Shown here piece by piece: positions 34,477 through 43,493 of a DNA stretch of 47,159 nucleotides. Position numbers and translations under genes: made by a program. Positions within the stretch are counted from its first letter, which is position 1; the number at the start of each line of letters is the position of its first letter. The stretch comes from a virus (taxonomy: Duplodnaviria; Caudoviricetes): positions 1-47,159 of the IMG/VR virus record IMGVR_UViG_3300017909_000327; one strand, given 5' to 3'. The notes beneath the pieces were generated by a model. It saw nothing but the letters and a program-made list of their open reading frames with translations. It searched no databases and was not told the DNA's origin.

Positions 34477-34691
34477 AGATACGAGTATTAGCAGAAGAGA
34501 CAGTCTACAAAGAATGTTTTGTAGATGTGCCAGAACATATACTAGAATACAGTAAGGACAGACTATCAAAGACATATCTAAAGAATGCTATCCACAACTG
34601 GCTTTCTAAAAATGGATCAGATTTTAAATGGGTAGACTACGACTTTAGTTTTGACCCCTATACTTGGGAAGAGGTACAAGACAATGACTGA
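34473..34691 (+). CDS. Early hypothetical protein (paralogue of 32272..32487)
   Basis: Shared N-terminus; ATGA overlap. Confidence 0.7.
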   Translation: MKIRVLAEETVYKECFVDVPEHILEYSKDRLSKTYLKNAIHNWLSKNGSDFKWVDYDFSFDPYTWEEVQDND

Positions 34692-34785
34692 ACAAGAACT
34701 AGAAGACATAATGAATGAAGCATTCGGTAAAACCTTTTGGCGATACCTAGCATACATATGGTCAGGATTAGAGGAGGACTATTGA
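34684..34785 (+). CDS. Small hypothetical protein, 33 aa
   Basis: Hand translation MTEQELEDIMNEAFGKTFWRY...; GAGG RBS. Confidence 0.45.
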   Translation: MTEQELEDIMNEAFGKTFWRYLAYIWSGLEEDY

Positions 34786-34786
34786 T

Positions 34787-34963
34787 ATGCCATTAGAATA
34801 CTTATTCTTTCACAAGAACAAGCTCATGGAAGTAGCCAGTTTAGCTAAAAGACTAGAGCAAGATGTAGTCTCTATATTCAAAACCCAAGAAGAGAGAGAC
34901 ATGGCATTGGAAAAAATATGTAGATTAAACAATCAAATAGAGGAGATACTACATGAAAGTTAA
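34787..34963 (+). CDS. Small hypothetical protein, 58 aa
   Basis: Hand translation MPLEYLFFHKNKL...; GAGGAGG RBS. Confidence 0.5.
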   Translation: MPLEYLFFHKNKLMEVASLAKRLEQDVVSIFKTQEERDMALEKICRLNNQIEEILHES

Positions 34964-35165
34964 AACATATCATAAGAATGGCAAGGCTGTCATGTTCTTA
35001 GGCTACAGTGACATAGATGCATCCAATGCAGCAAAGGTTGTCATGGGTGAGGTAGGATCTGTAGGTTACTTCAAGCCACGGCTAGGAACAGATGAAGACA
35101 TATACGATTGGCAGTACGTCAAAGAAATAACTGATGAAGATTTGAAGGAGGCATTAGGAAAATGA
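34953..35165 (+). CDS. Hypothetical protein
   Basis: GAGGAG RBS. Confidence 0.6.
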   Translation: MKVKTYHKNGKAVMFLGYSDIDASNAAKVVMGEVGSVGYFKPRLGTDEDIYDWQYVKEITDEDLKEALGK

Positions 35166-35488
35166 GACTATACATGAACAGCAAAGGCGAATGGGTAGGC
35201 ACTCAGGCTGAGGCTAAAAAGATTGGTGCTAACATGGTAGAAGTACCCACAGATAAACCTAACCTACTCAAGTGGCTTAACACATTCACTGGCAAAATCG
35301 ATGAGGCTGCTAAGGAAGTTATAGACAACAAGCCTACTCCAGGCGGTGTGACATTAAAGGCACACGCTTGGGATACTATTAGAGAGTGTGCAGAAAAAGC
35401 TACCATCAATGACATGACTGTGGCATTAGCTGTATACATGGATAGAGTATTAGACATTGCAGATAAACAGAAGGAGACACAGCAATGA
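35162..35488 (+). CDS. Hypothetical protein
   Basis: WVGTQAEAK..EVPTDKPNLLKWLN; ATGA overlap. Confidence 0.65.
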   Translation: MRLYMNSKGEWVGTQAEAKKIGANMVEVPTDKPNLLKWLNTFTGKIDEAAKEVIDNKPTPGGVTLKAHAWDTIRECAEKATINDMTVALAVYMDRVLDIADKQKETQQ

Positions 35489-35625
35489 ATAGGTATTATG
35501 TAGAGTTTAGTTTTGAACCAGACGATGATGAACCTTTGTACTTATATGTAATGGCTTATAGTGAACAGCACGTAAAAGATATTTTTCCAGACTACAATAT
35601 AGTTGCAATAGATCAAACAGATTAA
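35485..35625 (+). CDS. Small acidic protein, 46 aa
   Basis: Hand translation MNRYYVEFSFEPDDDEPLYLY...; AGGAG RBS. Confidence 0.55.
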   Translation: MNRYYVEFSFEPDDDEPLYLYVMAYSEQHVKDIFPDYNIVAIDQTD

Positions 35626-35638
35626 AGGAGTTACAGTA

Positions 35639-35866
35639 ATGAACTACAAAACAAAACAAGGTGCAATCATATCAGATGATGGATACACTCAAGTAATTAA
35701 ACAACATAATTTAGGTTACGGATGGGAAGCTACATTGTGGAACAATGACCGACTCGTAATCACACATGATGCTACAGGTGAAACACTGAGCATACCACCA
35801 GAGTCTACGCAAAGATTGCGAGACATATTTGAAGCTATTAAAAACAAGGAGACAAACAATGGCTAA
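35639..35866 (+). CDS. Hypothetical protein
   Basis: AAGGAG RBS. Confidence 0.6.
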   Translation: MNYKTKQGAIISDDGYTQVIKQHNLGYGWEATLWNNDRLVITHDATGETLSIPPESTQRLRDIFEAIKNKETNNG

Positions 35867-36086
35867 AAAAACTACACAGTACGACATGATACTTAATCAC
35901 CTTAAAGCAACCAAAGGATTGACGCAGCGTGAAGCATTGCTTGACTACAGCATACAGTCATTCCCTAAACGTATCAGTGAGTTACGTAAGCTAGGGTACA
36001 CTATTGATGGTATCAAGAGTAGACACCCAGTGACAGGACAGCGTTACACACGTTATGTATGGCGTTCTTCTGAGGATGTAGCGTAA
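35859..36086 (+). CDS. Winged-HTH DNA-binding protein (start MAKKTT)
   Basis: ILNHL..LTQREA..RISELRKLGY.I. Confidence 0.7.
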   Translation: MAKKTTQYDMILNHLKATKGLTQREALLDYSIQSFPKRISELRKLGYTIDGIKSRHPVTGQRYTRYVWRSSEDVA

Positions 36087-36259
36087 TGGTTTGGGCGTTA
36101 GTATGGATGCAACTACTAGTGACTTCTCAAACGGTGAAGTACTATCACGTTGAGACATACGCTAGTCAAGAGGAATGCGTTGCAGCAATGAGTGAAGCTG
36201 CTGTGCTTGTATCAAACAAAAGTGAGACACTAGCATGCCTAGAGTTAGAGGTAGAGTAG
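36086..36259 (+). CDS. Small protein with hydrophobic N-terminus and two Cys, 57 aa
   Basis: Hand translation MVWALVWMQLLV...YASQEEC...LACLELEVE; TAATG overlap. Confidence 0.55.
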   Translation: MVWALVWMQLLVTSQTVKYYHVETYASQEECVAAMSEAAVLVSNKSETLACLELEVE

Positions 36260-36264
36260 TAATA

Positions 36265-36375
36265 ATGCAACGCAAGAAGAAGTGGGTAGCTTATGATAAG
36301 GATGGATATGTTCTTGTCATAAGCGTAAATAAAAGAATAGTAGATAACTTTGTTAAAAGTAGGAGGAAGAAATAA
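36265..36375 (+). CDS. Small basic protein, 36 aa
   Basis: Hand translation MQRKKKWVAYDKDGYVLVIS... Confidence 0.45.
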   Translation: MQRKKKWVAYDKDGYVLVISVNKRIVDNFVKSRRKK

Positions 36376-36683
36376 TGTTGGAAGACAAGACATATAAAGT
36401 AAAAGTAGGTGAATGGCACGATGCAGTAATACACGTATATGAGAGACACAGTGAGTTACTAAATCCAGATGGTGCACCAGAGAATCACAAATGGAAACAC
36501 TGGAAAAAAATAATAACAGTAATACCAGTTTCTATAGACGGTTCTTTCCCAAGTCACGAAGAGGATCTTATTAATAATGTAAAGGTTACAGTGGATGCTC
36601 TAGCAGAGTTGTATTCTAACACTCCCGACTGTGATATAGGTATTGAATACACTATAAATACACATCAGTTCGTCAACATATAG
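36375..36683 (+). CDS. Hypothetical protein
   Basis: AGGAGG RBS. Confidence 0.6.
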   Translation: MLEDKTYKVKVGEWHDAVIHVYERHSELLNPDGAPENHKWKHWKKIITVIPVSIDGSFPSHEEDLINNVKVTVDALAELYSNTPDCDIGIEYTINTHQFVNI

Positions 36684-36685
36684 GA

Positions 36686-36901
36686 GTGGCCATGTACTAC
36701 GCATTAGACATATACAGTAAGGCAACAAAGAAGATGCTTGCTTATCACTCAAGCGATAGCCGTAAGGATATATTGCATTTGAAAAAGATGTATGCTAAAA
36801 ATAATTTTGTTTATATCAAGGAGTGTTTTGGAGAGACAGATGAAGACAAAGAAAATTATAGGCAGTCTTCCAAATATGGAGATACCTCAGTTGCCAGTTA
36901 G
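36686..36901 (+). CDS. Hypothetical protein
   Basis: AGGAG RBS (likely ATG at 36692). Confidence 0.5.
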   Translation: MAMYYALDIYSKATKKMLAYHSSDSRKDILHLKKMYAKNNFVYIKECFGETDEDKENYRQSSKYGDTSVAS

Positions 36902-37046
36902 TTTACTGAGCCATATGGAAGCTATGGGTTTGCTACCTAAGTCGCATGAAGATGATGGAGTAAACGATATAGAATTACCTTGGAGAAGTAACACTAATTA
37001 TTTTAGACGAGATGTATTGGACGAAAACAATGAACCCCTTTTTTAG
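36840..37046 (+). CDS. Hypothetical protein (start MKTKKI)
   Basis: GGAG RBS; acidic C-terminus ending EPLF. Confidence 0.5.
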   Translation: MKTKKIIGSLPNMEIPQLPVSLLSHMEAMGLLPKSHEDDGVNDIELPWRSNTNYFRRDVLDENNEPLF

Positions 37047-37119
37047 TTACCTTTGGTCTTTATTTATTCTGTGGCCTTTTATCTACATATTCTTGGTACA
37101 CATAGGTGTGCTATGACAG

Positions 37120-37380
37120 ATGATGAAATCGATCCGAAAGACGATCCCCATGATGACATTACTGATAGGCTTGGGGATTTACCTAAAGAGAATACTAACA
37201 GCACTAAGCGTTCTGATAAACGTGATCCTGGGAGGACAAAACAATCAGACGTTCAGCGCAAGGAATCACCAGTGGCAAAGAGAGGGAAAGCCTAACATAG
37301 TTTATTTCATTGACATGCTTATAGGTAAGGGGCATTGTCTGGAAGCGTGGGCATATTGGAAAGTGAGGAGAAAGTGGTAG
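37120..37380 (+). CDS. Small membrane-associated protein
   Basis: INVILGG..QTFSAR..ID..HC motif typical of a phage small-protein family. Confidence 0.6.
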   Translation: MMKSIRKTIPMMTLLIGLGIYLKRILTALSVLINVILGGQNNQTFSARNHQWQREGKPNIVYFIDMLIGKGHCLEAWAYWKVRRKW

Positions 37381-38288
37381 ACATACCAAAGCATACATCA
37401 AAGCTATCTGAGATAGTGAAGTTTTACTTACACAGTAATAACTTCCGCAGCTTAAGTGCTAAGTCACAGAAAGACTATGAGAAACATTTAGATATAATAC
37501 TTAAGACTAACGTAGAGGGTAGACTGTTAGGTAACTACACAGTGCGTAGCATCAAAGCTAGACACACCAACTTAGCTTATGAGAAGTGGCTTAAGTCAGG
37601 TGTACGCACAGCTAACTACCGCAAGGCTGTCTTGTCTACGGCATGGAAGTACAGCATGAGGTTAGACGTAATGGACAATGACCCAGTGCGTTTGATCAAG
37701 ACGAAGAGCACGAAGCCACGCAAGGTCAAGTGGACTCGTGACCAGGTTGTAGCATTTCTTGACACAGCATACGGCAACTTCAAGTGGCGTAGCATTGGAT
37801 TGATTGTACACATGGCATACGAGTGGGCGCAGCGTGTCGGAGATATGCGTACCTTGACTTGGGATAACATTAACTTCAACGAACAACGTGTTGATTTAAC
37901 ACAAAGTAAACGTGGTGCTGATGTGCATCTACCTATACCTGATGATCTACTCTCTATGCTCAGGCAACAGAGTCAGGACTTTGGATTCCAAGATTACGTA
38001 GCACCCAAGACTACACCAGTGGCAGGTGCATATGTGCCGTATCCAATAGACCACATTGATGATGCAATCAATGAAGTCAAGGAAGCTGCAGGACTACCAA
38101 AGAAACTGACAGCTATGGATCTACGCAGGACTGCAATCACTGAGATGGTAGAGGCAGGTGTTCAAACTCTTGAGTTGATGCAAGTAACAGGACACAAGAA
38201 TCCTGATTCAGTTAAGCCATATCTAGTCAACACATTTAGTGGCGCAAGCAACGCACTAGAAAAAAGAAGGGACAAACACAGTGGGTAG
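37374..38288 (+). CDS. int: Tyrosine recombinase/integrase (GTG start)
   Basis: QRVGD (R), QSKRG (K), MDLRR (HxxR variant), TGH, PY; GAGGAG RBS. Confidence 0.85.
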   Translation: MVDIPKHTSKLSEIVKFYLHSNNFRSLSAKSQKDYEKHLDIILKTNVEGRLLGNYTVRSIKARHTNLAYEKWLKSGVRTANYRKAVLSTAWKYSMRLDVMDNDPVRLIKTKSTKPRKVKWTRDQVVAFLDTAYGNFKWRSIGLIVHMAYEWAQRVGDMRTLTWDNINFNEQRVDLTQSKRGADVHLPIPDDLLSMLRQQSQDFGFQDYVAPKTTPVAGAYVPYPIDHIDDAINEVKEAAGLPKKLTAMDLRRTAITEMVEAGVQTLELMQVTGHKNPDSVKPYLVNTFSGASNALEKRRDKHSG

Positions 38289-38634
38289 AAGTAAGATGTC
38301 TCAGGAAGTACAAAGAAAAATATGGAGAGACAGGTCTAGGAAAAGGTATCAGCGTGGTGTAAAAATATTACGTAGGTTTAAATTAATGAAGGGATGTAAG
38401 CGTTGTGGCTTCAAAGATCATCATGCCTCTTTACATTTTCACCACAAGAATCCAGATGAAAAAAGTTTTCAGATAGGAAATGACATAGAAAAAATTACTT
38501 ATAGCAGACACAGTAAATCTAAAATTAAACTCAAAGAAGAGATGGGTAAGTGTGAAGTCTTATGCGCTAACTGCCATTGCAGAGTAACATTTGAAGAGAA
38601 ACATTGGAGGAAAGACTTATATGGTAAACATTAA
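38281..38634 (+). CDS. HNH endonuclease
   Basis: CKRCG..LHFHH..KCEVLCANCH. Confidence 0.8.
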   Translation: MGRSKMSQEVQRKIWRDRSRKRYQRGVKILRRFKLMKGCKRCGFKDHHASLHFHHKNPDEKSFQIGNDIEKITYSRHSKSKIKLKEEMGKCEVLCANCHCRVTFEEKHWRKDLYGKH

Positions 38635-39412
38635 GAACTACTTGCAAGACCTTGATTTAAAAGAGGATATTACACATCGAGGTGATTGTCCTCAATGCAA
38701 GGGTAAGAACACATTCACTGCTAGACGTGATGGTAGTGCGCTTCTCTACAATTGTTATAAGCTAGACTGTACCACTAAAGGAGTAGTGTCATTAGGTATG
38801 ACAGCAGAGGAGATACAGCGTAAGCTAGACCCCAGATATGAAGAGCCAGAACCAGAGCATGAGCCTTTTGTTTATCCTGAGTATATAGTTAAGCCCACAA
38901 CTGAACATAGAGACTACGAAAGATTTGTGGGTAGATGGGGCTTGTATGGTGAAGACTTGATGTACGATGTTAAAGATGAACGTGTGGTGTTTCCTATCTA
39001 TGAGAAGGGCAGACTTGTAGGAGCGATAGGTAGAAGCATATCATACGCAAGCCAAGTCAAGTGGTTACGCTACGACAAAACACCTACAGTCTTTACTCGT
39101 GTTGTAGGTAAGCCAACTGGTGTAGTGATATTAGTAGAGGATGTTATCAGTGCAACTGTAGCAGCTAAACTATTTCCTGGTCTAACAGGTTTAGCTATAC
39201 TTGGTACATCATTTAGTGTGGCAGATATGCAACACTTAGATAATTTCTACAAAGTTATCGTAGCGTTAGACCCTGACGCTGCATACAAGACACTACAATA
39301 TAAGAGAGAGATAGAGGCTTACACAGGGTTAGAGACTATAGCGTTAAGACTCTATGATGATATTAAATATAAAGTGGAAGCAGATATTAAAAAACTAGAG
39401 GAGATAGTATAA
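38621..39412 (+). CDS. DNA primase (Zn finger plus TOPRIM)
   Basis: CPQC..CYKLDC; VED; ALDPDA. Confidence 0.85.
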   Translation: MVNIKNYLQDLDLKEDITHRGDCPQCKGKNTFTARRDGSALLYNCYKLDCTTKGVVSLGMTAEEIQRKLDPRYEEPEPEHEPFVYPEYIVKPTTEHRDYERFVGRWGLYGEDLMYDVKDERVVFPIYEKGRLVGAIGRSISYASQVKWLRYDKTPTVFTRVVGKPTGVVILVEDVISATVAAKLFPGLTGLAILGTSFSVADMQHLDNFYKVIVALDPDAAYKTLQYKREIEAYTGLETIALRLYDDIKYKVEADIKKLEEIV

Positions 39413-39627
39413 TGCAACCAAAGAATGTACCATGTCACATCCGTATCAAGGTAGAGCCTACTCAAAAGCAGAGAGGCAGAGCCTGTAGATTACACGGTAA
39501 AGACTTTAAGAGTATAGCTGATGCAGCGAGACACTTTAATGTGAACTACTCGTGGGCAGCAGAACAAGTTAACAAAGGGATGAACAGAGAAAACTTCCCT
39601 AAGAAGTATAGGAAGAACTATGGCTGA
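39412..39627 (+). CDS. Small HTH (NUMOD1-like) protein
   Basis: GKDFKSIADAARHFNVNY. Confidence 0.55.
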   Translation: MQPKNVPCHIRIKVEPTQKQRGRACRLHGKDFKSIADAARHFNVNYSWAAEQVNKGMNRENFPKKYRKNYG

Positions 39628-39769
39628 ACATTACTGTACAACAAAAGGTTTAGGGTGGGCATTCCTAACATGTGTATTCTTTATACTGGGTGTGCCTGTG
39701 CTGATGTGGTTAGCCTTAGAGGGCAGCAGTTGGTACGACAAGTTTAACTTAATGAATCCGATGTTCTGA
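39620..39769 (+). CDS. Small membrane protein, 49 aa
   Basis: Hand translation MAEHYCTTKGLGWAFLTCVFFILGVPVLMWLAL... Confidence 0.5.
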   Translation: MAEHYCTTKGLGWAFLTCVFFILGVPVLMWLALEGSSWYDKFNLMNPMF

Positions 39770-39945
39770 TGTGGACGTTAGTGTTTATATGGTTGTTCAA
39801 TGGTGAGCCGGAAGTCAGGAAGATAGCAACATATGAGGATATGTTTGAATGCTTTAGTAACTATGATATGTTGTACTATTCAATGACACCAGAGAGTAGA
39901 GTAGGAGTAAGACTAACGTGTATACAAGGAGATACAAATGATTAG
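39769..39945 (+). CDS. Small protein with hydrophobic N-terminus and two Cys, 58 aa
   Basis: Hand translation MWTLVFIWLFNG...YEDMFEC...LTCIQ; TGATG overlap. Confidence 0.55.
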   Translation: MWTLVFIWLFNGEPEVRKIATYEDMFECFSNYDMLYYSMTPESRVGVRLTCIQGDTND

Positions 39946-40102
39946 AGAGTTAGAAGAACAGTTAACTAAGCTTCAAGATAAGTTGAAGTCTAAGAACCTA
40001 AATAAGTTTGTACGTAAAACCTTAGAGGTAGATTGTGCATACCTACAAAAGGAAATACAAGATAGAAAAAGACAGAAGCAAATAGCTGCTTCTTACAGTT
40101 GA
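39938..40102 (+). CDS. Small coiled-coil protein, 54 aa
   Basis: Hand translation MIRELEEQLTKLQDKLK...; AGGAG RBS. Confidence 0.5.
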   Translation: MIRELEEQLTKLQDKLKSKNLNKFVRKTLEVDCAYLQKEIQDRKRQKQIAASYS

Positions 40103-40124
40103 AACTAAAAGAGAGGAGACACAC

Positions 40125-41372
40125 ATGATGGAACTAGCTTTAATCCGCACCATGATGGATAAAGATTTCTATGATGATCATAAGGGTATACGATGTCCTG
40201 ATAAGATCTTTACCAAAGACGTGCGTAAGATAAAGCAGACTCTAGACTACGCTATGGAAACATACGACAAGAGTCTAACACCATCTGAGTTAGAGGCTTT
40301 GTTCTTAGCTAACAACAGCAGCATGACCACAGCTAACAAGCAAGTCTTTAATGATTTGTTTCATAAGATAGGCAGAGAAAAACCACTGTCTAAAGATATA
40401 GCTACGGATGTACTGTCTAAGTTATTCCAACAAGTTGTAGGTGAAGAGATTGCCAACATAGGTTTTGATTACGTCAATGGTTCACGCTCTGGGTTAGAAC
40501 CTTTGCGTAGTATACTCAGTGACTATGAAGATAACTTCTTACCTAAGCTTAACATCGATTGGGATGATACAAGTATAGAGACATTACTAAAACTAAATGA
40601 CCAACAATCTAAATGGAAGTGGAACATACCATCACTGGGACGTTATGTAGAAGGTATAAGTCCTGGTCACTTTGTTGTTGTAGCTGCACGTCCTAACACA
40701 GGTAAGACTAGCTTCCATGCTAGTACTATAGCTGCCCCCAATGGCTTCGCCCATCAGGGTGCTAAGTGTGTTATACTGTGTAACGAAGAAGCATCACATC
40801 GTGTAGGTGCTAGGTATCTAAATGCTGCTACAAGTATGAGTGTCAGTGAAGTACAAACCAATATGGTATTGGCTGCTACACGCTATGACTTAGTAGATAA
40901 AAACATATTCATTAAAGATAGCTCAGGTAAAGATATGGAGTGGGCAGAGGCAGTGATCAGAGCCTATGAGCCTGACATTGTAGTTCTTGATATGGGTAGT
41001 AAGTTTGCCACAGGTAAGGGAGATAGGACAGATCTGTATCTCAAGGATGCAGCAATACACGCAAGGAACATAGCAAAGCAATACAACTGTGTGATAATGT
41101 GGATGTCGCAACTGAGTGCTGCAGCAGAAGGGTTAACGTCACCAGATAAATCTATGATTGAAGGTAGTAAAACTGGACTCGCTGCAGAGGCAGACCTGAT
41201 GTTACTGATAGCAAGAAACAAAATAAACAAAGGTGACTTCGCAGGTGAGGAACAAGAAGACTTAGAGTCTAATGAAAGACACATCAATGTTGACAAGAAC
41301 AAACTCAAGGGAGGTTGGCATGGACGTATTACTTGTCAGTTAGACGGAGACAGGAGCCAGTATTTACCATGA
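40125..41372 (+). CDS. SF4 (DnaB/T7 gp4-like) replicative helicase
   Basis: ARPNTGKTS, CNEE, VVLD, SQLS, EADL, KNK. Confidence 0.9.
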   Translation: MMELALIRTMMDKDFYDDHKGIRCPDKIFTKDVRKIKQTLDYAMETYDKSLTPSELEALFLANNSSMTTANKQVFNDLFHKIGREKPLSKDIATDVLSKLFQQVVGEEIANIGFDYVNGSRSGLEPLRSILSDYEDNFLPKLNIDWDDTSIETLLKLNDQQSKWKWNIPSLGRYVEGISPGHFVVVAARPNTGKTSFHASTIAAPNGFAHQGAKCVILCNEEASHRVGARYLNAATSMSVSEVQTNMVLAATRYDLVDKNIFIKDSSGKDMEWAEAVIRAYEPDIVVLDMGSKFATGKGDRTDLYLKDAAIHARNIAKQYNCVIMWMSQLSAAAEGLTSPDKSMIEGSKTGLAAEADLMLLIARNKINKGDFAGEEQEDLESNERHINVDKNKLKGGWHGRITCQLDGDRSQYLP

Positions 41373-43450
41373 GACTTGTACTTGATGTAGAGAACACAAT
41401 AACTAAACGAGATGGTAAGAACATACTTGATCCGTTTGAACCTGGACTAGAACTCGTTCAAGTAGGTGTACAGAATGTAGACAATGTAGATGAGACACAC
41501 TTGTTCACACTAAATCACAATGAAGATCAGGATGTAGGTGGATCAAGAGTTAGGAACATTCAGATCCTACTAGACAATACAACACTGTTGATCATGCACA
41601 ATGCACAGCATGACTTGATGTGGCTGTGGGAGTCAGGCTTCAAGTATGACGGTGACATCTACGATACGATGTTAGCAGAGTATCTGTTGTTGCGTGGACA
41701 GAAAGATGCCATAAGTTTAGAAGCTTGTGCAGAACGTAGGAATCTAAACTACCAGAAGCAAGACACTCTCAAAGAGTATTACAAGAAAGGATACAACACC
41801 AATGAGATACCTTTACAAGAGCTTCTTTTTTATCTTAGGAGTGACCTCAACATTACTCGTGAGTTGTTCTTTGCCTTGGAACAAGACTACGCCAAGCCAG
41901 AAGCAGAGTCCTTACATAGAGTCAGAGACATTACCTTCCGCACATGTAAAGCCCTCACCCGAATGTATATGTCAGGAATCTGTGTGGATAGAACCGCCCT
42001 TCAAAAAGTGAGGCATGAGTTTGAACAAGAGAAAGCAGAGATAGAAGATAGACTGCAGCGCAAGACTCGTGAACTCATGGGTGACACACCTATAAATCTA
42101 AATAGTCCTGAGCAAGTATCTCAAGTTATATTTAGTAGGAAGCCTTTAGATAAAGCTGAATGGGTAAAGGTGTTTGACTATGACGATAGTGGAGATTACA
42201 AAGCTGTAGCACATTCCAAATGCAAAGATAAGTTTCATAAAATAGTAGCATCCAACACCAGAGTTATTAAAAAAACTAAAGCTTATACTTGTCATACTTG
42301 TAATGGTAAGGGTAAAAAATATAAGACAAGAAAAGATGGTACATTTTATAAGATACCAAACAAATGCAAAGACTGTGACGCTAAAGGTTACAAGCTGTCA
42401 GAAACAAAAGAAACTGCAGGACTTATGTTCAATCCACCAAGTAAGAAATGGGTAAGCGCAAATGGTTTTAGTACTAGTAAAAACAATCTTGAAATGCTTA
42501 TGGCTACCGCTACAAGCAACGGCATGGAGTCTGCTGTTAGTTTTCTTTCTGATCTTAAGCGCCTCTCTGCTATCAGCAGTTACCTTAGTAGCTTCGTGGA
42601 TGGTATCGATATATTCACCAAGCCAAACGGATTCCTTCACGTCAACCTTACCCAAAGTGTCACCAGTACAGGTAGATTTTCTGGACGCAATCCCAACATG
42701 CAGAACATGCCAAGAGGAGGAACCTTTCCAGTAAAACGTGTGTTCATATCACGGTGGGAAGGTGGACAAATTATGGAGTGTGATTTTGCCCAGTTGGAGT
42801 TCAGAGTTGCTGCATTCCTCTCACAGGATAGCACAGCTATGCAGGAGATAGAAACAGGATTTGATGTACACTCCTACACGGCAAAGGTTATCAGTGATGC
42901 AGGGCAACCTACAGAGCGTCAGGCAGCAAAAGAGCATACCTTCGCCCCTCTCTTTGGTGCTACAGGATATGGCAGACCCAAGGCTGTAGCTGCATACTAC
43001 GAACACTTTACAAAAAAGTACAAGGGTGTAGCTAAGTGGCACAAGAAGTTAGGTGATGAGGCCGTAAGGTTTCTCAAGATAACCAACGTAAGTGGTAGAC
43101 AGTATGCATTCCCTGATGTGTCTCGCAGAGAAAGCGGTAGTGTAACACACTTCACCATGATCAAGAACTATCCAGTGCAAGGCTTTGCCACAGGTGACAT
43201 CGTGCCTGTTGTTCTACTAGAGTTTGAGAAGATGCTTGAGCCACTACAGTCTTGCTTAGTTAATACAGTACACGATTCTATGGTGATAGATGTACACCCT
43301 GATGAAGTAAAAAAAGTATTGACTATTGTGGAGATCATCAACGCAAATTTAAACTGTGTCATAAAAGACGCATACGATATAGAAATGAATGTTCCATTGT
43401 TATTAGAAGCTAAAATAGGAAACAATTGGCTTGACACAGTGGACGTATAG
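41369..43450 (+). CDS. polA: Family A DNA polymerase with DnaJ-type zinc-finger insert (start MRLVLDVE)
   Basis: Exonuclease DVE/HNAQHD; TGRFS; motif A DFAQLE; motif B RQAAKEHTFAPLFG; motif C VHDS; CHTCNGKG..CKDCDAKG. Confidence 0.95.
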   Translation: MRLVLDVENTITKRDGKNILDPFEPGLELVQVGVQNVDNVDETHLFTLNHNEDQDVGGSRVRNIQILLDNTTLLIMHNAQHDLMWLWESGFKYDGDIYDTMLAEYLLLRGQKDAISLEACAERRNLNYQKQDTLKEYYKKGYNTNEIPLQELLFYLRSDLNITRELFFALEQDYAKPEAESLHRVRDITFRTCKALTRMYMSGICVDRTALQKVRHEFEQEKAEIEDRLQRKTRELMGDTPINLNSPEQVSQVIFSRKPLDKAEWVKVFDYDDSGDYKAVAHSKCKDKFHKIVASNTRVIKKTKAYTCHTCNGKGKKYKTRKDGTFYKIPNKCKDCDAKGYKLSETKETAGLMFNPPSKKWVSANGFSTSKNNLEMLMATATSNGMESAVSFLSDLKRLSAISSYLSSFVDGIDIFTKPNGFLHVNLTQSVTSTGRFSGRNPNMQNMPRGGTFPVKRVFISRWEGGQIMECDFAQLEFRVAAFLSQDSTAMQEIETGFDVHSYTAKVISDAGQPTERQAAKEHTFAPLFGATGYGRPKAVAAYYEHFTKKYKGVAKWHKKLGDEAVRFLKITNVSGRQYAFPDVSRRESGSVTHFTMIKNYPVQGFATGDIVPVVLLEFEKMLEPLQSCLVNTVHDSMVIDVHPDEVKKVLTIVEIINANLNCVIKDAYDIEMNVPLLLEAKIGNNWLDTVDV

Positions 43451-43460
43451 AGTATAACTA
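43431..43460 (+). promoter_or_regulatory. Promoter TTGACA-N16-TATAACTA
   Basis: Conserved architecture, upstream of the SSB-like gene. Confidence 0.75.
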
Positions 43461-43493
43461 ACCATCTTTAACTTTGAAAGGAAGTAAGTAAAA

